Assembly (NCBI RefSeq): GCF_001447785.1
Contig: NW_015159759.1
Location: forward strand, 68,112 to 132,111
Reading direction: 5' to 3'
DNA length: 64,000 bases
Source: Gekko japonicus
Lineage: Eukaryota
Below, one piece after another: positions 34,801 through 49,800 of the stretch; the first letter of the stretch is position 1, and each line of letters begins with the position of its first letter. Below the pieces are notes generated by a model. It was not told the DNA's origin, searched no databases, and saw only the letters and a program-made list of their open reading frames with translations. The position numbers and the translations under genes are program-made.

Positions 34801-37800
34801 ATAAGAAACCTTCAAGAACAGCTACAGCTTGCAAATAAAGTGAGTTGAAACATTTATACTTCATTATTTCTTTGGGGGTCTCTTTTGAATGCCAGATTGC
34901 ACTAGTTTTAAGGCCTGTATCTGCCGAGGCAGAGGTTATATGCACAGTTGCTTTTTGATTTTTAAACTGCTTTTAATTCCAGGGTTTACAAACTAATATT
35001 AGGTCTCTGAACTTCAGTACGCCTTCCAAGTAATCATGCTTAGGACCTCATTCTCTTGGAGATGGAAAAATAAACTCTGAGTTCCCTTTGGGTGGCAGCA
35101 AAGGAGGGCAAAATTCAAGTAATTAAAAATATAGAAGCAGTTGTGCAAATGCATAGAAATATAAACATATATAGCTACTGCTTAAATAGGACTCATTGAA
35201 AATACGTGCATAATAAAGTAAAGAAGCTTTTTTTTAATAGGAAGCAGAGTGATTTTCCTACAAAGCCAATCTATATTCTGTAAATGTGAAAGACTGTGGT
35301 ATACATCTTCTAAATAATAGCAACATAATTAGTTACAAAATGGAAGTAAAGTTGCTTTCTTGGATATTCACCTCGTTTTTAATTTTTGCAGGAAAAAGAG
35401 CATGCAATAGAACTTTCTCATACAGCATCACAAGAATTGGAACGACTTCAGCAGATGTTCCATAAACAAATGACAGAAGCTCAAATTCATATTGCTGAAA
35501 ACCATAAACAGAAAGTAATGCCATTTCTATTGATCTTTGTTTTTCAGGACGACATCTTTATTAAACTTTAATTGAAATTTATAAAGCATTAGCATTGATA
35601 AAATTTGAAAGCCAGAGGTTAGAAATCGCATATCTATATACTGTTAGCCATCTCTGGCCCCCATCTGCAGATAGCTAAATCCACAGATTAGGGCCACATG
35701 GAGGCTATACAGATTTTTCTGCAAATTTGGTGCACTTCCCAGGTTTGCAGAAAAGTCTGAATTCAACATTAAAGTATATGGGGGGAGGTGTTCGCCCCCT
35801 GGATACTTTTGTATCTTACCTGTTCAGAATGGAACCACTATAGCCCAGCCCAGTGGTGGACATTGGCAGCTGCGATGGGCATGGCCTTAATGTCAAAGGA
35901 CACTGGCAGTTCACCAGCCTGGCCATGGTGATGGAGGATGCCTGGGAGTCCCTGCAGCCCAGCTGCAGTAGAGGAGGATGTCCTGCAGTCACTGCAGTCT
36001 GACCTTGGTGGCAGAGGACACCCAACAGCCACACTGGGCCCAGATGCAATGGAAGAGGACACCCAGGGATAGCTGTGCCCTGGCTGTGAGGGAGGATGAC
36101 TCCCGGCAGCTGCTACAGCCCAGCTGGGGTGGCAGAGGATGCCTAGCAGCTGCATCAGATTCAGCAGCAGCTGTGGAGGACAGTGTCAGCCACGCCAGAC
36201 TTGGCTGTGGCTGAAGAGGATGCTGGTAGCTGTGTCGGGCCAGACAGCAGCTGAGGAAGACGCCAGGCTCGTCTCCCCCACAAATCTCCCCCTCACTGAG
36301 CTATAAGGGAAATTCCCCCCACAGGTATCATGAGTCTTCACTGGTATTTATTATTCTTTCAGAGCACCTGATTTTGGTTCATCTCTGGATGTTCAGATGA
36401 TCCCACTGTTGACTTACTCAGTTCTAAAAAAATCCCAAGAATTGTTGCTTCTGGTGGAATTGCCAAGGATGAAGTTGCAGAATTATGTTGGCTATAGCCT
36501 GCCCCCCACTCTTTAAATAGTTTTCCACACAACTCTACATGCCTGCATACTGAACAGTAGGGCATGGAATCATGGCCATTGTAGACTCAGCATGGTACAA
36601 TGCCTACAGAGGTGAGCTGGCTGGAAGAGAACCCACTTCCACTACAGATACAGTGTCGGGCAGGTATGGGGGAAGTGCCACCTAGTCTGTTGCCTCATGA
36701 AGCTCAGGCACTGTCCCAGATTCCCCTGCAACCTTGCCTCAACCCAAATTACAGCTACACTGGAGGAAACTGTGTATTACTCTCGCATTACATCTAGCCC
36801 CAGCAGTGGCGATGTATCTAACAGAAGTGTGACAGTTCTCCACCACTACCATGTCCAAGCACCCCATTAGGAAATGGGATTAACACCAGGGGCCCCTTCC
36901 ATATTGTTGGGGCCTTTGAGATAATCTCCCATTTCCTTCTAGGAAGCATGCTGAATGGAGCAGTGCTCCAGCTCTTTAGCTCTGCTAGTACTGTTAGTTG
37001 CTCTCCAGTGTACTAAGACCAGTGGAGAGAGGAGAACAATGATGGCAGGGCCCATGGGCACCCTCCTCCAGTGCTCAAGGCCCCATAAAAGCCTATAGCA
37101 GTGATATGCTACGATTGCTTTTTGTGCATTTTGTCTGAAATATCTGGCTAATGGTTGGAGAAAAAAACTACGGACTAGCCAGTGAGCATTAATATTTTTT
37201 CTATAATAATCATACTTAAATATTAAGCTTGAACATTTCTGTTTGTGATAAATGCTTTAGATTGTAATTACCTGCTGTGCATCTTCTTTTCTAGGGTCAA
37301 TTGACAAGCTTTCAGCAACTAACAAAGCAACTGCATTTAGCCAATGAAAAAACAGAGTCAGTAAGTGAAAAATTGTGAATTTTTTTTTAGCTTAGATGAT
37401 CCAGATGTGCATTAAAGGAGGACAAACTTAAAACAATTGCAAATACCCCCAGAATATTATGGACAATTCCTATATAGGCGTGCCAGTTTTGGTATTCATA
37501 AAATTGTACCATCAATATATTGATTCTCAATATGGCCAGATCTATGGATACTTAAATCCAGAGACTGGAGCAATAAATAGAAAAGAGAGATCTTTCTACA
37601 AACTTTTAAAAGCCCCAGTTTGCAGAAAAATAAAATAATAAAAACTGTGGCTGTAGATTTAAGAAACAAAATGGTTGTTTTTGGAGTTACTAAGTCACCA
37701 TGACAGTATTGCCAGCCTTCAGACTTTGGTTTCTGTTAGTAAAAGGCAAGGGGAGGGGGCAGGCTCTTTACAGGGCTATTTTGGCCTTTGTGGAAGTACT

Positions 37801-40800
37801 CATTGGGGCCAGGCCAGGCAGCAACCAGAGGCAACTTTATACCACATGACTTGCATGACTCACCCAGGCCAAGCTGCTTGCTATTGTTTAGCAGAAGTCA
37901 CCCCACAAAACTAGAGTGGAATATTAGTTAGAGTTTCAGACCAGGATCTGAGAGACCCAGATAGGGTTCCCAAGTACTTACCGTGATTCGGCAGCGGACA
38001 CATGATCCCCGGCCGGAACATTCCTCCCTGTAACGCACCATGCCGTCGCCAGGAAGTGATGCTGGGCGACGCTCTGACAATGGGGCTGAAAACCCAATGG
38101 TACCATCAAGTTTCCAGCCCCATTGCCAGAGCGTCGCCCAGCGTCACTTCGTGGGGACGGCATGGTGCGGCGCGTCTGTTGTCCGCACGGGAATGGTCCT
38201 GGGAAGAAGTATGTGTCCCCTGCTGAATCACGGTAAGTACTTGGTAAGCCTGGACCCCAGAAGGAGGGAGAGTACAGGGGAAAGTGAACTGCTCCCCAAA
38301 AGTCCTTACAGGTTCCCTGCTGGGCAGTTGGGCCTAACCTGGCAGCTGACCCTGTGGAACCGGGCCTTAGTTTTCCCAGGCAAAGGCTGGTAGGGAGAAG
38401 GGAAGGAGGGAAAGCTGAAGTCGGGAGCAGATGAAGGTAGGTTGGCTGGTGAGTGAGAAGGAGAGGCTGTGGGGGGCCTTCAGGGAAGGGAAAATGAGAT
38501 GCCCCCCGACAAGTGTTTGCACGTCTCTAATTTATATTTATTAAATTACTATATTAAAAACTTAGACCCGAACTGCTTGCTTGAGTATATGGACACTTCC
38601 ACTCACACCAGGAAGAGCATTACTTCACAGATCCCTCTTTCTTTACTGCAGTCCCGCATGTCTCACATCTAGCACCAGTTCCAGTGGTTTTCCTAGAACT
38701 CAGAATCTGCTTTCTATAAGGGGCTACAGCAACAGAGAGGAAACATGAAAGCTGCATGCCCTGAGCAGAGCTCTGCTTGCTTCTTGTTGAATTCCAGCCA
38801 GTACTTTCTACATACGTGCTGTTAAGTTGCAACTGGCTTATGGCAATCCCAGCAAAGGACTTTCAAGACACTGCCTTCCTTTGCAGAGTTCTCCTTGGTG
38901 GTCTTCCATCCAAATACTGGCTCTATTTAGCTTCTGAGATCTGACAAGATCCTTGACAATGGCTATTCCTTAAACACCACTGCCAAAAAATTCTACACCT
39001 TGCCCGAAGGGACAATGGATGATCTCAAGGTCCCTCTAGTGCAGGGGTGGCCAGACTGCAGTTCGGGAGCCACATGCAGCTCTTTCACACACATTGTGCG
39101 GCTCCTGGCAGGGTAGCTAGGGAAGTGAAGGGTAGGCATGCCTCCCTGACCAGTCTTCTCTTCCCTAGCCAGTGTTTCCCTTCCTGGGTCGGCTTGAGGT
39201 GGGGAGAAGCAGAGAAAGAAAGCAATTTTAATTTTAAATGCGTTCTCAAAGCCCCCCCCCCCCGCCCCGCCGCCAGCTTGGAGAAAGCATTTGTCTCTTT
39301 AAATATCATTATCAATATCTGTTTTTACACCTTTTGTTTTTATTTCTGGCAGTCTTATTTAATATTAATAAAAAGCAAATTTGCATATTTTCCAATAAAA
39401 ACATTGTGCAATATTTGGTCATGTCTCGTGGCTCTCAGACATCTGATGTTTCTACTCTGTGGCTCTTACATTAAGCAAGTTTGGCCACCCCTGCTCTAGT
39501 GGTCGCTCTTCATTCTGGAGCTATTCTTTCTAAGGATGGGGACAACGTACTAAAGGATCCCGTTAACAGAAAAAAATGAGACAGCCCTTTAAAAATCACA
39601 CTACGCAGCTTCCCTCGCTATCAGGCTTCTGCAGTCCTTCCCAACATTGTGTGAGCAATCATGATTTGGGCAGATAACCTCCTACAAGATATGGAGCCCA
39701 ACCCCTGACTCTCAAGAGATCTTCATTTAAGATCAAAAGAGCAGCTGAATTCACTTCAGATGCATCACAAGATTCCATGCAATTCTGCACCAGGATGCAA
39801 GCCACAAACATGGTCATCGGAAGAAAATTGTGGCTAAAGCAATGGGAGGTAGATCCTCTATCCAAATCAAATTCATCTGCAGAAAAATTCTCAGGAAGAT
39901 TGCTCTTTGGGGACAGAGCTTTGGATGAGATTCAGGTAGAAACCAAAGAAAAGAAAAAGGCTATGCCTTCTACTTCCACTAAAGAGAGAGACATGAAATG
40001 AAAACTCTTTCACTCCTTTCTTTCGTATAGGAACCCTACAAGAAGTAGAGAGGGCAGGGGTTGCAGAAATAACCATCCTTTTGGATGTAGATCCAGATTC
40101 TAGCACAGACAGTTCCCAGCTAACAAGTAGGACCAGAACACTTCTGGGAAAAAGACTACAGCATGACTACATGATAGGAGACCATCTACAGGACTTTGCC
40201 CATGTCTGGAAGAAGTCAACTACCGATTGTTGGGGCCTTTCAATTGTAGGCCCTAGCCCTGGTTGCAGCACGTCAGGCCTCCTTGGGGCCTGGAATCACT
40301 AGGCGATGTTGTGCCCCAGACCATAGGACTCTTTGGGGTATATACAGGGAAAGGTGGTCCCTCAGGTATGTCGGACCCTAGCCATATAGGGCTTTAATGG
40401 TAAGAACCAGCCCTTTGAAGCAAACCCGGTATGCTATTGCCAGCCAGTGCAGCGCTTTCAGCACAGGCCAGATGTGCTCCCATCTAGGGAGACCCACCTA
40501 CAGCCTGGCCGCAGCATTCTGCACTAGCTGCAGCTTCCGGATTTGCGACAAAGGCAGCCCCATGTAGAGAGCATTACAGTAGTCTAACCTCGAGGTGACC
40601 GTCGCATGGATCACTGTAGCCAGGTTGTCGCGGTCAAGGAAGGGAACCAACTGCCGAATCAGCCTAAGGTGGTAGAAGGCCGACCTGGCAGTGCCTCCAT
40701 AGTTAGGGAGGAATCCAGGAGCACTCCCAAGCTCCTAATCTCCGGCGCTGGCTGTTATTATTTCTGTATCCTCCATTAGTCTCTTGTTATGCTTTGCACT

Positions 40801-43800
40801 GAATAAAGATCATTCATATTTGTAATTGTCTCTGATGTGGTAATTGAACTCCAGGGCTAAATCTTGTGTCTAGGCTGACCAATGAGCTACCACTGTGAGC
40901 GTAATTGTGTGCACCTCTGAGTTAGAGTTGCGGATGTGTTAAGTCCCAGATGCCAGCTAAGAGATTGAATCTCTGCTTAGGCTGGGTGGGAACCCCTTTG
41001 AGGAGATTCTGGTGGCAAACTTGTGAATCCTAAAGAGAGAGTACAGACTGTCTTGTGGATTTTGTTTCATGTGCTGAGATATAGGGTTCCCTCTCACCCC
41101 TGGACTGGGCAGAGTGGGTTTAATCCTGTACACTGGTTTACTGCATAATTCACATGCGAGGCCTCGGTTCAACTGCCAGAATACTGCCTGGAGGTCTGCT
41201 TATCCCCTGCTGCTGCCTATCTGTCTGAAGGCTCTGGTCTAGCTCCCAGCCCTGGATTCTTGCTCAGCATTCCTCAGTGGTTGCTTCTAGCCCCTTGATG
41301 TTAAGCTTTTGAGCTAGCCAGGTTCCAAACTCCCGAGGAAGTAAACCTGCTGCTCTCCTGGTTAGGCATACCACCTGTCTTATCATCTGGAGATCCTGGG
41401 CTTTGTCTGCTCCCTGGCTTCTTGTCCTTGCTATCTAATTTTCTTTTCTCCCTCCCTTCTATCTGCACTGGCCCTTAATTCCTCTTCCACCTGCTTCACC
41501 CACTTTCTGGGTCTGTTGCCCTAAACTTACTCCTGCGGAGGTCTGTAGTCCTGCCACAGCCTTTACTCCTCAAGGAGGCTAGGATCCAGTCTTGCTTTCT
41601 CACCTGTTGGTGTAACCACTCTTGGGGCTGTCTTGAGTTCCTCCCCTTCACACCCTGACCTGAACACTGTGGGATGTGACATGATACTTACTCTAGAAGA
41701 TAAGGTCAGGATCTGACAATCTGCTTCTGCATGTGAAATAACACCTCAGTCATACGTAATTTTACTGTCTAACTCTGTAGTATTGGTTTATGAAAGTACT
41801 GGGCTTCATGAAAGAATTAGAGTAATGAGAACAGAGAGCCTGAGTGGAGCTGTTCAAAGTGATTAAAGACAGGGCTGTTCATATCAAGCCAAGGCATGAA
41901 GGGACTTGTTTATGTTGGATACAGAAGCAGTAGGAAACAAATGATATAATGGGGGGAGGTCAAAATTATACAAACAGCTGAATTTTAGAGATAAATAAGA
42001 GGCTTAAAATGAGAAATGGAACTAGTAAGGAAGATATTGGCATAGTCAAGCTGGCAAATGGTGAAGGCCTGAACATAGGTCTTGGAAGAGTCAGCAGTCA
42101 AAACAGAGCAGATTTGAAAGAGTTAAGTCTAAAAAGTCTCAGATGTATACTTATGACCTTTAAAAATAACATCTGAAGTTGGGATTGGTGTCAAAGAACA
42201 TACTTGCTGCAGTATAAAACTACTTGCTTTTGACATATTATGGTAAAATGTATTTTAAAAAGCTTTTCTCTTTTTGTAGATCAATCAGTTATTTCTAAAG
42301 ACTGTAAAGGAACAGAATGTAGAACTGGAACAGCTGCGTAAGCAACTCAGGTATGAATGAGACTCCTAGTCATTCCTATTTTCGTTAGATTAATATTATT
42401 TAGAAGAAGAGGAGGAGGAGGAGATTGGATTTATACCCCGCCCTTCACTACCCAAAGGTGTCTCAGAGCAGTTTACAAACTCCTTTCCCCCGCCCCACAA
42501 CAGACACCCTGTGAGGTAGGTGGGGCTGAGAGAGCTCTGACAGAAACTGCTGTGACAGAACTATGGCTTGGCCAAGGTCATCCAGCAAGTGCAAATGGAG
42601 GAGTGGGGAATCAAACCCTGTTCTCCCAGATTAGAGACCGTGCACTTAACCACTACACCAAACTGGCCAGGTACTGTGTACCAGTGATGGCTGTTAGTTG
42701 ATCTGGAGATAATTGTTCTGACCTTGGCCTCAAGCTGCATGTAATGATTAGAACTCCCAGCATAGTTTAAATAGCAATTGTGGGTAGCCCTGATATAGAT
42801 TAAGAGAAAGGAGTGTTTAATCTCCCCTCCCTTTTCTCCTATTGAAAATGCTCCCCCAGCGGTTTTTAGCCCTAGTTGATAAAGAAGGCAGGGTGCCCCA
42901 TTTTTCTCCTGCTCTCTTTCCTACAACAGACTTAAGTACTTCAGTCTGTAAAGGGTAGAGCTTTGATTGGTATTTATATTTCCATGAGAAAAGTGGCCAT
43001 TTTTTGCTTCTGTATCTCAGTGGCCTCTGGTGAGTCTTGAAATCTATTTTGTACCTAGCTCCAAGGAATCCGGGGATCCCCTTCTTTGAGCCTGTGGGCA
43101 CCTTTAGAATTCTGATACAGGGGGTGGGCATAGCCACAACAAATTACTGCCACAGGAGGCAGAGCCAACCACAAAATGTCAGGAAGTGAGTTAATGCATA
43201 ACTCTGACATAGCATTTCAAGATTTCAGGTGGAAGCTCTGCTTAGCAGGATTCCTATTAAAATGAACATACTGTTTAAAAATATTTTCTTGCATACACAG
43301 AGCTTATCTTCAGTCACACAGTGAAGATACTTGGGCCATGGTGGCAGCTGCTCCTGAAAGCAGTTTTTAAAAATCTGTTTAGACAATCAGATCTCCAGTG
43401 GCTAATCAGAAGCTCTGCTGAACAAAAGCCTCCCCCGCCCCCCACTTTCTAAAAACACTTGGTGGGTGCCAGGAAAGATGTCATTGAGCACCATGGTGCT
43501 CAGAGGTGTCATGTTCAGGACCCTGGTGTAATCTAATTAATTTTGCAACACCTTCTGGTCTTCTTAAAAAAAGTTACAAATGACAGTCTTTTCAGTCATA
43601 CCCTGAACCCTCCCCCCTCATTTTTTGTTGTACTGAATGCCAGCCTGATGAAGGATTCTTGTAATTTTGTAGCAGACACCCAAGAAAATAGAGTTAAAAT
43701 TCAACGAGACTTGAATACTCAGGAGAAGTAGGCAGTTGCAAACAGGATGCAATTCAACAAAGATAAATGCACAGTATTACATCTGGGCCACAAAAGTGTC

Positions 43801-46800
43801 AACCACAAATACTGGATGGGGGATACGTTTCTGGGGAGTAGTGTATGCGAAAGAGATCTTGGGGTAAGAGTGGACTGTAAACTAAATATGAGCAGTCAGT
43901 GTGATGCGGTGGCAAAAAAGGCAAATTCAGTCTTGGGTTGTATTAAAAGGGCCATAGCATCGAAATTACAGAAGGTTATAGCCCCTCTGTATACTGCCTT
44001 GGTCAGGCCGCACCTGGAGTACTGTGTGCAGTTCTGGAGGCCTCAGTTCAAAAAGGATGTGGACAAAATTGAGAGGGTGCAGAGGAGAGCGACGAGGATG
44101 ATCAGGGGTCTGGAGACTGAGCCCTACGAGGAAAGTCTAAGGGCCTTGGGAATGTTTAATTTGGAGAACAGAAGGTTGAGGGGGGACATGGTTGCTCTCT
44201 TTAAATATTTGGAAGGCTGTCATTTGGAGGAGGGCAAGGAGCTGTTCCAGTTGGCAGCAGAGGATAGGACTCGAAGCAACGGGTTTAAATTACATGGAGA
44301 AAGGCATCGGCTGAATATTAGGAAAAATGTTTTCATGGTCAGAGTGGTTCAAAGGTGGAATCAGCTGCCTAGAGAGGTGGTTAGCTCCCCTTCACTGAAA
44401 GCTTTCAAGAAGAGGCTGGACGAATATTTGTCAGAGATGCTTTTGGCTGGTCCTGCATTGGGCAGGGTGTTGGACTAGATGGCCTGTATGACCCCTTCCA
44501 ACTCTATGATTCTATGAATTTGAACGCTTGTGTGCTGCTTTAATTTTGCCTAATAGAAAGATATTCTACTGCTGTGGTTTTCTGTATTTTTTTCCCCATT
44601 GGACCAAATCTTGTATCTGAATTTGTTATCATTTCTTATGTCAGTCATGAGAATTTATCGAGGTAAAAGTTTAATGCCACTGAACATACTTTGTCAGCAT
44701 ATCTCTTTCTCATGTGTCTGTATGTGGATGTCATAGGGATCCTCTAGGGTAAAGTTTGTAAGGACACTCCAAGGAAATTTTTTAAACATTTTTTAAATAT
44801 GGTAGAGAATGTGAGTTCTAGAGAAGAGAGGGATGTTGAAAATTCAGGACAGAAGAGCAGTGGGGCTTGAAGTATAAGCCAGAGGGCTGAGTGAATGAGT
44901 GAGGACCTAAGGAATGCAACTTTTGTTGGGGAAAGATCACAGATCTTGCATAGAAAGGAGTAACAGAAAGCAGAAAAGCTTTACAAAAAACAACAACAAT
45001 GGAATTGGGATAGCTTTCAGCATCTGGTTTCCAGTAACTCAGGACTAGACGGTAAATAGGAGGCAATAAATCTCCTTTCAAATAAGAAGTGTGTTTAGTA
45101 TTCTAACGGAGGGAAGCCTTTGTTTCTCCTTCATGTTCTAAAGTAGTTAAAATCCAAACAGAGGCATCATGCACCTGTTATTTAAATCAAATGAGGAAGT
45201 CTTGAAATCAATTTGATTCAGTATTCCTGAGTCCTGTCCATAGATACCTTCAGTTGGTGACATCATCATCATTATTTTAGAGATTGATCAAATAAACTAG
45301 ATTATGTTTATTCACATACCAGCTTCCTCAAAATCTTCACATGTATTTTCAGTCTTGTATGTTAAGGGCAGTGTTCCCTCTAAGCTTAGTGTGAGCTAGC
45401 TCAAAGTTTGTTAGCCTCCGGCTCACCCATTTTTGTCTTAGCTCAGGAAGACAAATTAACTCCAGAGCAAACTAATTTATGCAGTAGCCAAATTGCTTGC
45501 TCACAACTTTAATGCCAGTAGCTCACAAAGTAGAATTTTTGCTCACAGAACTCCGCAGATTAGAAGGAACATTGGTTAAGGGTACTTTACTTTTGTAAAA
45601 ACTGAGACAGAATCCAATTGTTTCATGAGCATTTGTTGGATTTTTTCAGGTCCTTCATGGAAAGCATTTATGTTTGATTTGAAATTTACAGTATCAAATC
45701 CTATTTTTAACATTGCAATTCACTCTTATCTTTTCATAGTTATTTGCTTATCTTTTATTGTTTGCTTTGCATCTATGAGGGGTTTAAGGAGGAAATGTAC
45801 ATAGTGTTAAGCTCTGAGAATGATAGTTAAAATTGCCACTTTTATAGAAAGGTTGCATTTTGTGGTCTTTTTTCCATTGGAGTTGATTAAGTATATTTGA
45901 AAATTACTCTTGAAGTTGAAAATGCAATTAGAGTATTCTCCTGTATCATTCAGAAAAAATACTTGCATAAATAATTGATCACTGTTTCCCTAGGAGCTTT
46001 TTGTTACATAAGTAGCAGAGAATGAGAATGAATAAATATTTTAAATATTTTAGTGTAACAGTCTTATTTATGCAGTGAAGGTAAGCATAGGAACATAGTT
46101 GCTCATAGTGTATAGCCAATGAATTTTTAAAAACATGCATGGATATTGTTATGAAATTATGTAACTCTGTTAAGCACTATGTAGATAATTTAAAATAGTA
46201 CTTTAAGGATGCAAGTATCAACAATACTTGCTTCAAGTATCAACAATAAATATTTGCTGAAGACCATAGATTCTGGTAACTGCTCATGCTAATGTAAGTG
46301 TATGCCTTTTTTTGTTGTGCTCTGTATGTAGAGCTTTCCCCCCAAAGTATAATAAGGCAGGTTTCATATATTATTTAGTGGAATCTGTCGATAAGCTTCC
46401 TTGGACATTACACATACCTGCTTTTAATATATGTATGGGCTTGCTATGTAGAAAATTCACATTTCCCTGTGAACAACTGGAGCTATTGGGAAATTTTTCC
46501 ATGGAATAAGCCACTTACAAATACCATAGTACTCACATGCACCCTTTGCCGCGTAGCAACAGTATTGGGTAGTAACCTCATCCCCTCCAGTACATATCAA
46601 ATGAGCCTAGGAGACATGAAAAAAATGAGTGATACTGGCTCATTGTAAATATTTTGCTTTAGGATGGGAACTATTGTTTTTTTCATGACAAAATTGCTTT
46701 TAAAATAGCTGTTAAACGTAATTTCTATCTCAGTTGTGTTTTCAGGTTCTGGGTGTTCGAATATAGTAAAACCCAGTGTCCTTTGCCACCACAAATAGTT

Positions 46801-49800
46801 TTTGGTGTTTTTGGACATTTTGCTACACCAGGATACACTGGAATTTCACTTAGGATATGAATGTACTCCAGAGGACACTTTGGAAAAGTTTTATTCCAAG
46901 CATGCTAGCAGTATTAAGATGGGAAATGTAGTTACTGTGATTGATAGTTTGAAGAACCAACTGGTATTTTTACAGTTGAAGAGTATCTGTGTTTTTATGT
47001 GTAGGCAATCCAAATTTGACTTGAGAACTGCTGTTGCAAAGGTTGATGAAATGACCAGGCTGATTGAAGATTTTCAGAACCAGATGGACAAAAAGGTATA
47101 ACAGGACAAGTTAAGTTGTTTATCTTGTTGCAGATTCAAATAATTAATTGATCGTTATTTTATTGGCTCATGTGACATATATTTGAGCAACAGTTCTCCT
47201 AAGTATCTTGAATAATTTTCTTGGCTCCCAGGAAGAAGATGTGCGAGCTGCTCGAGAAAGAGAGGAAGCATCAGATAAACGTTTGCAGCAATTGCAGTCT
47301 AGCATAAAACAGCTGGAAACAAGGTAAGTAATGACATCATGCATGGTTCTTCGCTGGGACTCTGAAATCCTAAAAACAGTGCAAAGATACTTTTCTTCTG
47401 TAAGATTAACTTTCTGGTGGATAATCTTGTTTGTGTGTATATGTTCTCTGTGCTCATACAGAGCTTATTTGAAGATTGTATTCTTTTTCTTATTGTAACT
47501 TACTATGTTTCTAACCTTTTTCAGGTAAGCTTCTGTTTTTACTTTGATACATTATTGCAAGACTTAACTCTATAAACTGAAGTCCAAGGACAGCTGCATA
47601 GACAATGGTCTCCATACTCGTATCCCCAGACATACCAGCCAAAAGGATAGTTGCCTTTGTTAGGGGCAGTGGATCAATAGTAGAGCATCAGCTTTGTGTT
47701 CAGAAGGTCCACTGTTCAATTCCCAGTATGTCCTCTTAAAAGGACCAGAAAATAATAAAAAATAACTTTTATTTATTTAAAAAAAAGACCAGGTAGGAGG
47801 TGATGTAAAAGACATCTTCCTGAGACCCTGGAGAGCCACTGCTGTGCTATATACAATACTTACCTTGATGGACCTAAGCTCTGATTCCATTTAAGACAGC
47901 TACATATGTTCCCCATGTTGCTCACCTGTGGAGAAGTGAATGGGTGCAGAAAAGGTTGGCTGGATTCAGTCCACCACTGAAAGATGTTAGCCCTAAATCC
48001 TAGTAGCACTGGGCTTTCATAATGTGCATGGGCTGCCCTGATCAAGGAAATTCACTATGAATGCAGCTTTGGATGTTGGAAACAAGGTTTTATTTTGACA
48101 GTGTCCTTTTGCTTACTCTAATTGTATCCAGCAAGACAATCTGTGCACCAGTTTGGTGTAGTGGTTAAGTGCGCGGACAGTAATCTGGGAGAACCGGGTT
48201 TGATTCCCCACTCCTCCACTTGCACCTGCTGGATGACCTGGGCAAGCCATAGTTCTGATAAGAGCTGTCCTTGAAAAACAGCAGTTTCTGTCAGAGCTCT
48301 CTCAACCCCACTTACCTCACAGGGTGTCTGTTGTGGGGAGGGGAAGGGAAAGGAGTTTGTAAGCCGCCCTGAGACACCTTTGGGTAGTGAAGGGCGGGGT
48401 ATAAATCCAATCTCCTCTCTCCTTCTTCATCAAGGTTGCATTCACATTTGGATTGGCCTTACAAAACAATGGCATACAGCTTTGCTACTTGGTTAAATTA
48501 TTAGCCTGCTTTATGTCTGCATAGTGTTAAAATGGAGCTTTCATACTTCAGGACTCCACAGTAACAGCTATAATTCTAGGGCCTTGGTGTGCTTATTGCA
48601 GTCCTTACTTGTTACACAGAGAGTCATACTTGATCAACCTTTGATATTGTGAAAGGTCATAGGCTGAAGGTGGTCTCTTGTCAATGTTTTGGCCTTTTAG
48701 GCTTTTAAGACATTAGTTATTGTTTTGAATTGAATCTGGAACATAAGGAAGTGTAGCACTGGTTTAATTGGTTCCCATCAATCTGCCTTGTGCTCTGTGT
48801 AACACTTGGTACTTTAAAGTAGTCAGCAAATGCAGGCCCACATAAAATTCTTAAGATACTCAAAACTAGGGATGGGCACAGACCTCATTTTTGCAGTTTG
48901 GTTTGAGGTTCATGGCTGAACCACGAACTGAGACACCAGTTTGTGAACTGAACCAGTCTGTATCAGTTCATGAGCTATTTAAAGTTGAAACCCCTGCTTT
49001 CTGCTCCCCACGAAAAGCAGGGGGGAGCAGAAAGAAGGGGCTTAAATATCTCCAAGTCATTTAAACCCCTGCTGTCTGCTCTTCACAAATGGTATCAAAA
49101 TTTGTGGAAGTTCGTGGCAGTTTTTCAGTTCATGAACATTGCTTCATGAACCACAAACTGGCCAAAATTTGTGATGAACTTTAGATTAGGAGCTGGTTTG
49201 TGCCCATCCCAGCTTAAAGCTGCAAAGGCAAAAATGATGGTCACTACATCTAGGATTGAAAGGGATATTGTGACCTTTTTGTTAAATAGGAGTTACTGAA
49301 TGTCATCCCTGGTCACTGTTGCACCCTGGCTTTTGAAGCAAAGCAGAAAATGCAGTCCACCAACATTGGTCGAATAGTATGGCTACAGGAGGTTAAACCA
49401 TGACAATAGTGGTTAAGTGCTCCAGTCTGGGAGAACCGGGTTTGATTCTCCATTCCCCCACTTGCAGTTTCTGGATGACCTTGGGCAAGCCATAGTTCTG
49501 ATAAGAGTTGTCCTTGAAAGAGCAGTTCTTGAAAGAGCTCTCTCAACCCCACCTACCTCACAAGGTGTCTGTTCTGGGGAGGGGAAGGGAAAGAAGTTTG
49601 TAAGCCGTTCTGAGACTCTGAGTGAAGGGCAGGGTATAAATCCAATCGCTTCTCTTCTTCATCCTCTGTCCTTACCTATGATACAAGAAACTGACTACTG
49701 TTATTGTTTCAGTCTTGTCTAGATTCAGCTTCCATCTGTCAAAAGTTCTTCATTTTGATATACAGGTTATGTGTAACTACCAAAGATTCTGAAGAGCTGA

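Noticed and set aside
43747-44478. 243-aa ORF as a host gene
   Set aside because: It is the C-terminus of CR1 ORF2 followed by the CR1 tail
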